Assembly: GCA_039199965.1 (NCBI GenBank)
Contig: JBCCSO010000001.1
Span: 2,191 to 66,190, forward strand
DNA length: 64,000 nucleotides
Direction: 5' to 3'
DNA from: Chloroflexota bacterium
GTDB lineage: Bacteria > Chloroflexota > Anaerolineae > Promineifilales > Promineifilaceae
A model generated the notes under the pieces. The model was given only the letters and a program-made list of their open reading frames with translations. It searched no databases and was not told the DNA's origin. Each line of letters opens with the position of its first letter. Within the stretch, counting starts at the first letter, position 1. Position numbers and translations under genes: made by a program. This document shows positions 28,778 through 37,752 of the stretch, in pieces.

Positions 28778-30112
28778 ATGGAAACCAGAGATATTTTATG
28801 GCTATTTGCAATTGTAGCCCTTGTCATCGGGGCTATATGGTTGGTAACGAATCCTGATTACCCGATCAGACGTGGCCTTGATCTTCAAGGAGGCCTGCAG
28901 GTTCTGCTGGAGGCTGATCTGCCAGACGGTCAGGATGTAACCGAAGATCAAATGAGTCAAGCACGGCAAATTATTAGCCAGCGCGTCAATGGGCTTGGGG
29001 TTTCAGAACCTCTTGTTCAAGCAGGCGGTGATGGCCGGATTGTGGTTGAACTGCCCGGCCTTGACAATCCAGAAGAGGCGATCAGTCTAGTTCAAGGAAC
29101 CGCCTTGCTAGAATTCGTTAACGCTGGTCCGGTTCCACTTGTAGAGGGTACGTGTATTCGCACATCAGAAAATCGCGGTCAACCTTCTCCGTGTGAAACA
29201 GCAGAGCTATCGTTGGAAGGGTCAGATGTTTATGAAACAATTCTAACGGGTGCCAGCTTGGTTGATGCACAACTCCAAGTAGACATTAATCAGCAGGTTG
29301 GCAGCCGGAATTTTGTTGCCTTTACCTTTGATGAAGAAGGGGGGCAGGTTTTTGGTGATTATACGGCATCGAATATAGGTCTGCCTCTCAATATCGTGCT
29401 AGACAAACAGGTAATCTCTAGCCCCATCATTCAAGCGGTGATCAGTCGTCAAGGGACAATCACTGGAAATTTTACACCCGAAGAAGCAAACAATTTGGCC
29501 CTTCAATTACGCTACGGAAGCCTGCCTGTGCCTCTAACAATTGAGGGTGTGCGCCAAGTAGGTGCAACTTTAGGCGAGCAATCGATTGAATCAAGCGTGC
29601 GTGCTGGTGCCATTGGTCTTGTAGTCGTACTGCTCTTTATGGTTATCTACTATCGCCTACCGGGTGGGTTAGCAGATATCGCGCTGGTCATTTATGCACT
29701 CTTCAACATCGCTATATATCAATTTATGGGGGTGACCATGACGCTGCCTGCGATTGCAGGATTCCTACTTTCTACGGGCATGGCAGTAGACGCAAATATT
29801 CTGGTTTTTGAACGGATGAAGGAGGAACTCCGCAGCGGAAAACCGCTGGATGAGTCAATCAGTGCCGGTTTTGAAAGGGCATGGTCCTCCATTAGAGACT
29901 CAAACATCGCTACGATTGTGGTGTGCGTTATCTTACTTTTATTCGGCCGCAGTTTTGGCGCAGGCATGGTACAGGGATTCGCCATTACATTGATGATTGG
30001 TGTATTAACATCTATGTTCACGGCCGTCATCGTAACCCGGACATTTGTTAAATTGATCATGTCTCCGTTAGCTGATCAGATCGAAAGCAAAAACTGGCTG
30101 CTGGGGTTATAA
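28778..30112 (+). CDS. secD: Protein translocase subunit SecD
   Basis: 444 aa with an N-terminal TM and the periplasmic domain segment GLDLQGG. The C-terminal six-TM bundle contains VDANILVFERMKEE. Confidence 0.9.
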   Translation: METRDILWLFAIVALVIGAIWLVTNPDYPIRRGLDLQGGLQVLLEADLPDGQDVTEDQMSQARQIISQRVNGLGVSEPLVQAGGDGRIVVELPGLDNPEEAISLVQGTALLEFVNAGPVPLVEGTCIRTSENRGQPSPCETAELSLEGSDVYETILTGASLVDAQLQVDINQQVGSRNFVAFTFDEEGGQVFGDYTASNIGLPLNIVLDKQVISSPIIQAVISRQGTITGNFTPEEANNLALQLRYGSLPVPLTIEGVRQVGATLGEQSIESSVRAGAIGLVVVLLFMVIYYRLPGGLADIALVIYALFNIAIYQFMGVTMTLPAIAGFLLSTGMAVDANILVFERMKEELRSGKPLDESISAGFERAWSSIRDSNIATIVVCVILLLFGRSFGAGMVQGFAITLMIGVLTSMFTAVIVTRTFVKLIMSPLADQIESKNWLLGL

Positions 30113-30121
30113 AAATCATCT

Positions 30122-31045
30122 ATGTTTCAAATTATCCAGAGACGCTATTTGTATTTTGCACTCTCCGGCATGCTGATTTTGTCGGGGGTAATCGCCATGC
30201 TTATATCTTGGTCGATCGCAGGTCAGCCGTTTGGAGTTAGCGTAGACTTTGTGGGTGGCGCGCGGTTTGAAGTTCAATTTTCTGAGCCTGTTCAAGAAAG
30301 CGGCATCCGTGATGTGCTGCGTCAATTTGGACTGAGCAACCCGGCCGTTATCGAGCTGGCAGGTGAAGGGTTAACAAACGCATGGCAAATCCGCTCGGAA
30401 GCCGTGACGCCTGAGCAAGGTCAAGAAATTACCCGCGCACTTGGAGATCAGCTTGTCTCCCTTCTCCCTGACACAACACAGTTTGAGAATGTCAGCCCCT
30501 CGATAGGGGCCGAAGTAACCCGCGCAGCATGGATCGCTATCGTTGTGGCGGCCGCTATCATCTTAATCTATATCGCCATTGCATTTAGGCAAGTCCCGAG
30601 CCCCTTCCGTTACGGAGCCTGCGCAGTATCTGCGATGGTGCACGACCTTTTTATTATCTTCGGTTTTATGGCAATCATGGGTCTAATTGCAGGTTGGGAA
30701 GTAGATGCTCTTTTCGTAACGGCCGTTCTAACGATTGCCGGCTTCTCGCTTCAAGACACGATTGTCGTTTTTGACCGAATTCGGGAAAACATCGGTGTTC
30801 GCCCAAATGAGCCCTACGAAGTCATCGTCAATCGCTCAATTTTAGAAACCATTCACCGCTCGTTGGCAACCCAGCTTGCAGCGATGTTTGTGATGGTTGC
30901 TTTAATTTTGTTTGGCGGCCCTTCGATTAGACAATTTATCTCTGTCTTGTTTGTTGGCTTACTGTCTGGAACATACAGCTCAATCTTTCATGCTGTCCCG
31001 CTTCTGGCAGAATGGGAAATTCGGAGTCCATCTGAAATCATCTGA
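30122..31045 (+). CDS. secF: Protein translocase subunit SecF
   Basis: 307 aa containing GVDFVGG, DTIVVFDRIREN and six predicted TM helices. It lies immediately after secD. Confidence 0.9.
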   Translation: MFQIIQRRYLYFALSGMLILSGVIAMLISWSIAGQPFGVSVDFVGGARFEVQFSEPVQESGIRDVLRQFGLSNPAVIELAGEGLTNAWQIRSEAVTPEQGQEITRALGDQLVSLLPDTTQFENVSPSIGAEVTRAAWIAIVVAAAIILIYIAIAFRQVPSPFRYGACAVSAMVHDLFIIFGFMAIMGLIAGWEVDALFVTAVLTIAGFSLQDTIVVFDRIRENIGVRPNEPYEVIVNRSILETIHRSLATQLAAMFVMVALILFGGPSIRQFISVLFVGLLSGTYSSIFHAVPLLAEWEIRSPSEII

Positions 31046-32409
31046 TGGATCAAAAGCCGATCAGACATCTGCTGCTAACCATCGCCCTTTCTGTGGGGGC
31101 GATGGCATGTGCAGGGGCACCTTCATCTCTCGATACTGCATCTGCCACTATCACACCAACCGAGCTGCCTAAACTTCCGAAACAAACGGTTGCCCCCCTT
31201 CTTCCAACCAACACCCCACTCACGTCTGAAGCAGCCGCTCCACAGCCAACCCTTGCCAATGATGCAACATCTCCATCGGTTATCACACCTTCGCCGACGG
31301 CCGATTTAAATCAGCCCGTTCTAAAGCTTTTTTATGAGATTCCGGCCGTGCAGCTCAAGCGCACATTGGAAGCCAATCTAGCAGGTAAATTAACTTTAAT
31401 TGACGAGACCACCGGGGAAGAAGCCACAGTCCCTAATGGTCAAAGGTTGTTGACAGAGATCAATGGAGCCATTCAAACGTTTAAGGGGCAGTTTGAACCC
31501 GTTCCGCCCGGTTGTAAAACGTGTGTAGTAGTTGGTTATGATCTACCCTTAGCTGGTGAATCTGCACGAGGCATTCTTACAAATACACAGCTGCAAGTTT
31601 CAATTCAACACTTGTTTTCTACACGTATGGGGCCTCATTTTCCACCAGATACCGTGCTTGGGCACCATTTAAGTGCCTCTGGATACACGCTGGCCCAAAC
31701 GGCCGCCATCACCTCTGACGGCACCCTTTATCAGTGGATCGCGGCCGACCCTCAGATTACTCAACAAACTGATCAGGTCTTGCCAACAAGCACGAACCTT
31801 GAAAACTTTAAAGAACTTGCCCAGAGATTTTCTGGCGTCGATTTAGTTACGGAATGCACAAACTTCCCCATTGAGTATTCCCGTATCGACTCAGAAACAC
31901 TACAAATACGCTGCCCCGAGCTATCACTTCCACTAGAATTGATTTCTCCCTACGAGGTAACAAAGGCTTTAATCGACCCGCTGTTGGAAGATGAGCGTAA
32001 TTTTGATATTCCTTCTACCTTTCTACCATTTGGTGCTCGCTTATTTTATGAGCAGGACAGTGGTAATCGCGTAACGATTTTTGAGGATGGATCGGTTGAG
32101 GCCAAATTTATCATCACAAATACCATAGCCAGTACTGAAACAGAAACGGTCCAGTTTGAAACAATATTAAGCAGTATTCCGGCCGGGGAAATAGATCCGC
32201 TCATTATTCCAATGTTGGCTAGTGATGTCATTCCTCGTGGCGTCCGTGTGAGCGTAGCCAACGATCAGACAGATTTTGATGAACTTCTCCTCATCCGGTC
32301 AATTGATGGGGTATATGAGTTCGCATGGTCAAACAAAGTGGGACAAGGGCTAATCCCCGGCATTCAGATTTTAGACTTGCTTATTGAAGAGCTAAGGCCG
32401 CCTGATTGA
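31045..32409 (+). CDS. Hypothetical lipoprotein, translationally coupled to secF
   Basis: Its ATG overlaps the secF TGA (TGATG at 31043..31047). The lipobox-like signal is LLLTIALSVGAMAC, followed by a Pro/Thr-rich linker. No known domain recognised. Confidence 0.55.
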   Translation: MDQKPIRHLLLTIALSVGAMACAGAPSSLDTASATITPTELPKLPKQTVAPLLPTNTPLTSEAAAPQPTLANDATSPSVITPSPTADLNQPVLKLFYEIPAVQLKRTLEANLAGKLTLIDETTGEEATVPNGQRLLTEINGAIQTFKGQFEPVPPGCKTCVVVGYDLPLAGESARGILTNTQLQVSIQHLFSTRMGPHFPPDTVLGHHLSASGYTLAQTAAITSDGTLYQWIAADPQITQQTDQVLPTSTNLENFKELAQRFSGVDLVTECTNFPIEYSRIDSETLQIRCPELSLPLELISPYEVTKALIDPLLEDERNFDIPSTFLPFGARLFYEQDSGNRVTIFEDGSVEAKFIITNTIASTETETVQFETILSSIPAGEIDPLIIPMLASDVIPRGVRVSVANDQTDFDELLLIRSIDGVYEFAWSNKVGQGLIPGIQILDLLIEELRPPD

Positions 32410-32416
32410 TCAAAAA

Positions 32417-33388
32417 ATGAAAGCAATTTATTTAAAAGACAATCAAATTCGTCTTACTGAGCAAAGAATACCGCAAATTAAAGATAACGAGGTTTTGATC
32501 AGAGTGGCACAGGCTGGCATTTGCTCTACAGACCTAGAAATCGTCAAAGGGTACATTCCAAATTTTGACGGGATTTTGGGGCATGAATTCGTTGGGACGG
32601 TAGAGCAGATCGGCCGGAATGTAAATGCAGCCTGGCAGGGAAAACGAGCGACATCGACGATAAATATCGGGTGTAACAGTTGTGCAGAGTGCGCAGGAAG
32701 CGGCTTCACGCATTGCCCAGATCGAACCGTGGTCGGCATTATCAATCGGGATGGAGCATTCGCAGAGTTTATCGTCGTTCCCGAATCCAACTTAGTCTCC
32801 ATTCCAAATAATGTATCTGATAAGCTAGCAGTTTTCACGGAGCCATTGGCAGCCGCTTTAAAAATTCGAGAGCAGCTTGTTGTACCACCAACTGAAGAGA
32901 TTGGTGTAATTGGCCCCGGCCGCTTGGGAATGCTAATAGGGTGGGCCCTCAGCTTATCGGGCAATCAAGTTACCATGCTAGGGCGTCGGCCGGAATCACT
33001 AGAATTAGCAAGGCGATGGGGGCTTGGTGCTGAGATTACCGAGCAAATACCGGATAACCGATTTGGCTTTGTCGTTGACTCTACTGGAAATGAAGCAGGC
33101 TTAGGCCATGCTTTACGCATCACCCGGCCGAAAGGAACCATTGTGCTCAAAAGCACCTATGCGGGGCCAGCGAACGTTGATTTGACCAAACTGGTGGTGG
33201 CTGAGTTAAACGTTGTCGGCTCCCGCTGTGGCCCATTCGAACCCGCCATCAGGCTTCTTCAAACTCAGCAAGCATTAAAGCTTTTAGATCTGATTGACGA
33301 GGAATTTAACCTTGATCAGGGGTTAGAAGCATTTAAAGTCGCCGAGCAATCAGGTATCAGAAAAGTCTTGCTGAATATGCCAAGTTGA
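32417..33388 (+). CDS. Zinc-dependent medium-chain dehydrogenase/reductase (alcohol dehydrogenase superfamily)
   Basis: The catalytic zinc block is GICSTDLEI...GHEFVG. The structural-zinc Cys cluster is CNSCAECAGSGFTHC. The Rossmann segment is IGPGRLG. Confidence 0.8.
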   Translation: MKAIYLKDNQIRLTEQRIPQIKDNEVLIRVAQAGICSTDLEIVKGYIPNFDGILGHEFVGTVEQIGRNVNAAWQGKRATSTINIGCNSCAECAGSGFTHCPDRTVVGIINRDGAFAEFIVVPESNLVSIPNNVSDKLAVFTEPLAAALKIREQLVVPPTEEIGVIGPGRLGMLIGWALSLSGNQVTMLGRRPESLELARRWGLGAEITEQIPDNRFGFVVDSTGNEAGLGHALRITRPKGTIVLKSTYAGPANVDLTKLVVAELNVVGSRCGPFEPAIRLLQTQQALKLLDLIDEEFNLDQGLEAFKVAEQSGIRKVLLNMPS

Positions 33389-33391
33389 TTG

Positions 33392-35824
33392 CTAACGAAT
33401 CCATAGCAAAATTAATTCCCAAACCGTTAGTTGCTCTTTCTCTCCGGTCGACACTGCTTTAAAAGCAATAGAACCAATATCATTCTCGGTCTCTATAAAA
33501 ATAGCCAAGTCACCTAGCTGGTTTGTGTCTACAGATTGGATTTGACGGCTATACCCACCCGCGTTTGAAAAGGTGATTAGCTCGACTTGGTACTGCTTGC
33601 TCTTTTGCAGGTTCGATAGAGCAAACTCTCCACTCAGGCCAAATTCAGTTTGCCCGCTATCGACCATGGCCCATGTAAAGTCTGGGTGTCTTAGCCAACC
33701 GTGTGCTGTCCCATTCATTTGGTCTGTCTGCCCCACAACAACAACGCTTTCGTCCTCAAAGACACCGTTAAGCGATTGGTAGCCACCTGAGTTGAGCCCC
33801 AAATCTTCACTAAACCGTGCAAATTCGTTGTAGTGCCCCAATAAATCAAATTTTGAATTAAAGATATGCTGCTGATAATACCAATAACCAGCTTCAATAG
33901 CGGTTTCTCTACCTAGGGAAGACCAAAGCATGTTGTGGAGCCACACTTGGTTTTCTCCCGTTTGTAGATTGGGCACGGGACCCGTGGTGCCTCGCGCAAC
34001 AATTCCTGTTTCACCCCGCACAATCGGTTTGTCTCGTAGGTTTTCATGACCAATCTGGGCTACATCAAACAATTCTAAAACCGATCGTGTCATATCGGTG
34101 TGGTAGATATCATCAGCCGGAATGTAGCGGTGCACGTCACCAAAATCAATGTTGGGGTACTCAGAGTTGTGCCAAAACTGCCTATCCGGGTAACTGTGCC
34201 ACATAGATGTTGAAACTAGGTGATGGTTTGGGTGATCATAGCTACATTTGCCGTTCATCTCCGGTTCTACGCCAAAAACGGTGCACTTCATGAAGATGCC
34301 AAACTCATCAGCCAGAGTATAGTGCAATGGTTCAAATGGGTCTCCCTCATTTAATAGCTCCCATGAATGCACAGCCGGAGAGTATCCCCAGCGTGCTTGC
34401 ACATAACGCCAGTATGCCATTTGTAGATATCGGCCGTGGGTTAATGCTCGACCTTGGCCATAAAAATTTTCTCGCGCAAACTCTGTAGGTTGACCATATC
34501 CATCTGCTTGAGTCCACAGAGGATCTTCTTTCTCGTTGATAACGAGGCGCAGGTGCACACCATTCTCAGCAGCTTCTTCAATAATTTGATCAAGCAGTGC
34601 AGATTCACGCTGAGAGTAGTAAAAACGCTTGTCAGGTACGTGCTCATCAAACAATTCTGGTCCCAGATCTCCATCTGGTTTGACTTCTCGAATAGAGAAA
34701 GATCTGATGTAAACATTGCCTTTTTGCACGTTATCCAAGTAAAAGTAATTAAATGGTATCGAAAAATTTTCTTCAGAAAACCAAGTTCCAGCCACCGTCA
34801 CATTAGCTTCATTTGTGGTAGCCTCATATAAAATCACTTGATCATCCCTTTGTAAATCTTTGCAGCGGTCTACCCAGTCAGAGAAATAGACAGCTAGTCC
34901 AGATTGCTTGCCAGAGTCGTTTACGACCAAGTCATAAGCCTCATAAATTAGCTCAACCCGATACTCTGTATCGGGTTTAACCTGAATCGGTCTGAATTCC
35001 TGATTCGTGTAAAAACAGTCTGAGTACCAATCATGATCGGCCGCCAAGCGCCACCAGAATACCTCCCGGTCATGGCCAATGGGTTGGTAACGGGTCAACG
35101 GTCCGCGCGGCAAGTAACCGTCATAAACAAGTGGGCTCATGGTTAAATGCGGCCATGCCCCTCCTGAAATGTTCATTGGGGTAATCCATGTGCGCACATA
35201 GTTAATTCCGTTATCACTTAATTGCGCTAATGTTTGTCCATCATCCAAATCCTTAATGAAAATGTTTAATCCAACATTTGAGTAGTACCGGCCTGAATCG
35301 TACTCAAAATATCTGCTGTCATCCTCAGATACACGGATAAAACCATCTTTGTCAGTAGCGTCAACTTGGAACGAAAATACACCAGATTTTGCTGCACCGC
35401 CCTCCCAAACCGCCTCGATTTGAAATGCCCATTCGCCTACCAAATGAGGGGAAAATCTAGCTTTCCAGCCCGACTCATCGTTCGCCCTTAAATTTCTGCT
35501 GTACCCTTCATACCAAAAAGCGGGCTGGCGGTGCTGTTCACCCGTTGGAGACAGAAAAACCCCATCAACGCTAATCCCCTTTCCGACGAGATCGACCGTA
35601 AACTCACTACTATTGTCAGAAGTCAAATAGGGAAGTTGGCGATTTGTTTCACCCGACAGTTCAATTTGAAAATCAATCTCAAACTTATCAAATTTACCAA
35701 CAGCTAGAGGGTAACTAACAGAATGTACTGCAGGTTCAGACTTACTTGAAACCGATTTTTGAGCGCCCATCAAACTCAAACAAATTATCGACATGATGGC
35801 GATAACAGCCGCTTTTGATTTCAT
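33392..35824 (-). CDS. Secreted glycoside-hydrolase-like protein (GH5/clan GH-A-like catalytic domain with N-terminal beta-sandwich)
   Basis: The probable start is MKSKAAVIAIMSIICLSLMGAQ (35824). The track's upstream extension overlaps the tRNA terminator. WELLNEGDP resembles the GH5 acid/base block. The N-terminal domain resembles the DUF5060-type beta-sandwich. Confidence 0.5.
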   Translation of the reverse strand: MKSKAAVIAIMSIICLSLMGAQKSVSSKSEPAVHSVSYPLAVGKFDKFEIDFQIELSGETNRQLPYLTSDNSSEFTVDLVGKGISVDGVFLSPTGEQHRQPAFWYEGYSRNLRANDESGWKARFSPHLVGEWAFQIEAVWEGGAAKSGVFSFQVDATDKDGFIRVSEDDSRYFEYDSGRYYSNVGLNIFIKDLDDGQTLAQLSDNGINYVRTWITPMNISGGAWPHLTMSPLVYDGYLPRGPLTRYQPIGHDREVFWWRLAADHDWYSDCFYTNQEFRPIQVKPDTEYRVELIYEAYDLVVNDSGKQSGLAVYFSDWVDRCKDLQRDDQVILYEATTNEANVTVAGTWFSEENFSIPFNYFYLDNVQKGNVYIRSFSIREVKPDGDLGPELFDEHVPDKRFYYSQRESALLDQIIEEAAENGVHLRLVINEKEDPLWTQADGYGQPTEFARENFYGQGRALTHGRYLQMAYWRYVQARWGYSPAVHSWELLNEGDPFEPLHYTLADEFGIFMKCTVFGVEPEMNGKCSYDHPNHHLVSTSMWHSYPDRQFWHNSEYPNIDFGDVHRYIPADDIYHTDMTRSVLELFDVAQIGHENLRDKPIVRGETGIVARGTTGPVPNLQTGENQVWLHNMLWSSLGRETAIEAGYWYYQQHIFNSKFDLLGHYNEFARFSEDLGLNSGGYQSLNGVFEDESVVVVGQTDQMNGTAHGWLRHPDFTWAMVDSGQTEFGLSGEFALSNLQKSKQYQVELITFSNAGGYSRQIQSVDTNQLGDLAIFIETENDIGSIAFKAVSTGEKEQLTVWELILLWIR

Positions 35825-35942
35825 AGAGTGTTTGAATATCTGCCTCTCAGACGATCCAACAGTCGGCCATTCAGTAGCCCCAGATCGCCCAACATTCGTT
35901 CTAAAACGTGATTGCCGAATAATTTTTCCAAAACACCTTAAA

Positions 35943-35975
35943 CCAAAAAGGTCCACTGAAAATTCAATGGACCTT
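35943..35975 (-). terminator. Intrinsic terminator downstream of tRNA-Arg
   Basis: On the minus strand GGUCCA-N12-UGGACC is followed by UUUUUGG. It starts 7 nt after the tRNA 3' end. Confidence 0.6.
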
Positions 35976-35981
35976 TCTAGG

Positions 35982-36053
35982 TGTTCCCACCAGGACTCGA
36001 ACCTGGGCCTTCGGCTTCGGAGACCAACGCTCTATCCTCTGAGCTATGGGAAC
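35982..36053 (-). tRNA. tRNA-Arg (anticodon CCG)
   Basis: The reverse complement folds by hand as a cloverleaf. Acceptor stem: GTTCCCA/TGGGAAC. D arm: GCTC-AGAGGATA-GAGC. Anticodon arm: TTGGT-CTCCGAA-GCCGA, with U33 and A37. The variable loop is 4 nt. T arm: CCAGG-TTCGAGT-CCTGG. The discriminator is A. CCA is not encoded. Confidence 0.85.
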
Positions 36054-36238
36054 GACCGAAACAATATTTTGCCACATTCAAGTGTGTCCATCAAGATATT
36101 TAATAGCTTGAACTAAGATTTTTACATCTCATCTTTCAACCATCATGGCTACACGACATTTTTTGCCGATCTAATACAACGTTAAAAGCACATTCAAAAT
36201 AAATTGTTATAGAATAAGAGCAGTCTAACTTAGGCCAA

Positions 36239-36322
36239 CCCCGAAAAACAAATGTCTAGAGTCGTTCACGTGGGGTTAGCTGTAAGGTGATTTTAATGCT
36301 AGGCATGAGGAATATATTCTCG
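36239..36322 (+). promoter_or_regulatory. Conserved leader element, copy A (upstream of the SPFH gene); contains a GAAA-N16-CGTT ECF-promoter-like motif
   Basis: About 70% identical over about 85 nt to 40261..40345 (60 of 85 positions by hand alignment). Shared blocks are GAAAAA, AGAGTCGTT, GCTGT, ATTTTAA, GCTAGG and ATTCTC. CCGAAA (36241..36246), 16 nt, then CGTT (36263..36266). Confidence 0.45.
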
Positions 36323-36379
36323 TAAATTGCCCAAGACTAATTTTTTCCTGAAGTCAAAAATCTAACCTGGAGGTCTAGA

Positions 36380-37171
36380 ATGAGTCAGTTATTCGGTAGT
36401 GGACCACTCATTTTTACAATTTTAATTTTCATTGTAGTGATTGTAGCGGCCGGTGTGCGTATCGTTCAAGAGTATGAACGCGGCGTAATTTTCCGCTTGG
36501 GTCGCGTAATTGGGGCCAAGGGTCCCGGCCTGTTTTTTGTCATCCCGGTCATTGATAAGATGATTAAAGTAGATCTGCGCACCATCACGCTTGACGTTCC
36601 CACTCAAGAAGCAATTACGTCTGACAACGTCACGGTACGGGTCAACGCAGTGGTTTATTTTCAGGTCACGGACCCAGAAGCAGCCGTTATCAATGTCGAA
36701 AATTTCCGCCGGGCGACCTCACAAATTTCACAAACAAGTTTGCGAAACGTCATCGGCCAATCAACCTTAGATGAGCTACTTTCAGATCGTGAGCACGTCA
36801 ACGGTGAGTTACAAAAGATTATTGATGAAGCAACAGAACCGTGGGGCATCAAAGTTTCCATTGTGGAAGTAAAAGACGTTGAGCTAAATCCTCAAATGAT
36901 CCGGGCGATGGCTCGCCAAGCAGAAGCGGAACGTGAGCGTCGTGCAAAAGTCATTCATGCAGAGGGTGAATTACAAGCGTCAGAAAAGCTTTCACAGGCG
37001 GCAAGGGCTCTGGCTGAAGAACCCGGAGCGATGACCCTGCGCTACCTACAAACCCTTGTAGAGATAGGAGTAGAGCAAAATACCACCACGGTTTTCCCGA
37101 TCCCTATCGATTTGATTCAAGCTGTTCTGCCCCAGGTATCCTCTAATCAGGCATCACCACCAAAAGAATAA
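36380..37171 (+). CDS. SPFH/band-7 (stomatin-like) membrane protein
   Basis: 263 aa with an N-terminal hydrophobic hairpin. The segments IVQEYERGVIFRLGR, TLDVPTQEAITSDNV and a coiled-coil ARQAEAERERRAK tail are present. Confidence 0.85.
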   Translation: MSQLFGSGPLIFTILIFIVVIVAAGVRIVQEYERGVIFRLGRVIGAKGPGLFFVIPVIDKMIKVDLRTITLDVPTQEAITSDNVTVRVNAVVYFQVTDPEAAVINVENFRRATSQISQTSLRNVIGQSTLDELLSDREHVNGELQKIIDEATEPWGIKVSIVEVKDVELNPQMIRAMARQAEAERERRAKVIHAEGELQASEKLSQAARALAEEPGAMTLRYLQTLVEIGVEQNTTTVFPIPIDLIQAVLPQVSSNQASPPKE

Positions 37172-37225
37172 ACCGGCGCGCCAATCTGCATTGCGCATAA
37201 ACCACTAATCGATATGAAAAAGATG

Positions 37226-37258
37226 AAAAAGCTGGACCGAATTGGTCCAGCTTTTTTG
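37226..37258 (+). terminator. Intrinsic terminator after the SPFH gene
   Basis: AAGCTGGACC-GAATT-GGTCCAGCTT followed by TTTTT. Confidence 0.8.
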
Positions 37259-37752
37259 TACTAATTCGCTACTTAGAATTATTTGTTTTTCCAGCCTTCA
37301 CAAGCCATAATCTCAGTATAAGAATTCCGTTAAGGGCTAAACTTTTAATAATTGTCCCAATTTTAAAGCTTAGCGCTTAGCTAGGAAAGATCGGAATCAA
37401 GAAAATTCCAATCCTTAGGACTGAAAAGAGAATGGATGTTTCACTAGCAATTTGATTTTAGGCCGGTTGCCTGACGCAAAATGTTTACATCCACAGATTT
37501 CATAAGTTTAACTAGGAATAGTTGTTAAAATCTGGGTAATCAGTAAACGAAAGTTGATCATAGGAAATTAAAGTCGGTCAGCTAGATTTTCAAGAGTGTT
37601 CTCTATCAGTCTTATCAGTCTGAATGAAACAGCTATTTATTTAGGATTCTCGTTCCCAAAGGCTGAAAGCAAAATACTGTTTTCCTCTGATTTATAGATG
37701 TTCAGGAACGAACACTAGCTTATGAAATCACCTTCGTTCGTATTCCTAAACC

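Noticed and set aside
35825-35956. N-terminal extensions proposed by the ORF track (33392..35956, 25709..27526, 28231..28716, 43128..43922, 42361..43251, 55235..56572, 9518..12211, 48764..49645)
   Set aside because: In each case an internal Met is followed by a signal peptide or the conserved family N-terminus, and usually preceded by a GGAG-type SD. Several extensions overlap a terminator, a tRNA flank or a divergent gene.
36252-36290. Small leader peptides inside the duplicated 85-nt element (MSRVVHVGLAVR in copy A; MNTQSRLPRDGCEAILTLGVGKLFS at 40271..40348 in copy B)
   Set aside because: The ATGs of the two copies are in different frames relative to the conserved core, because of a 4-nt indel. 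Substitutions are not biased to third codon positions. Nucleotide identity exceeds amino-acid identity. A conserved peptide is therefore not supported.
35982-36379. tRNA-Arg as an integration site for a genomic island
   Set aside because: There is no integrase, recombinase or phage gene on either side. I found no direct repeat of the tRNA 3' end nearby. The flanking genes are ordinary housekeeping or envelope genes.
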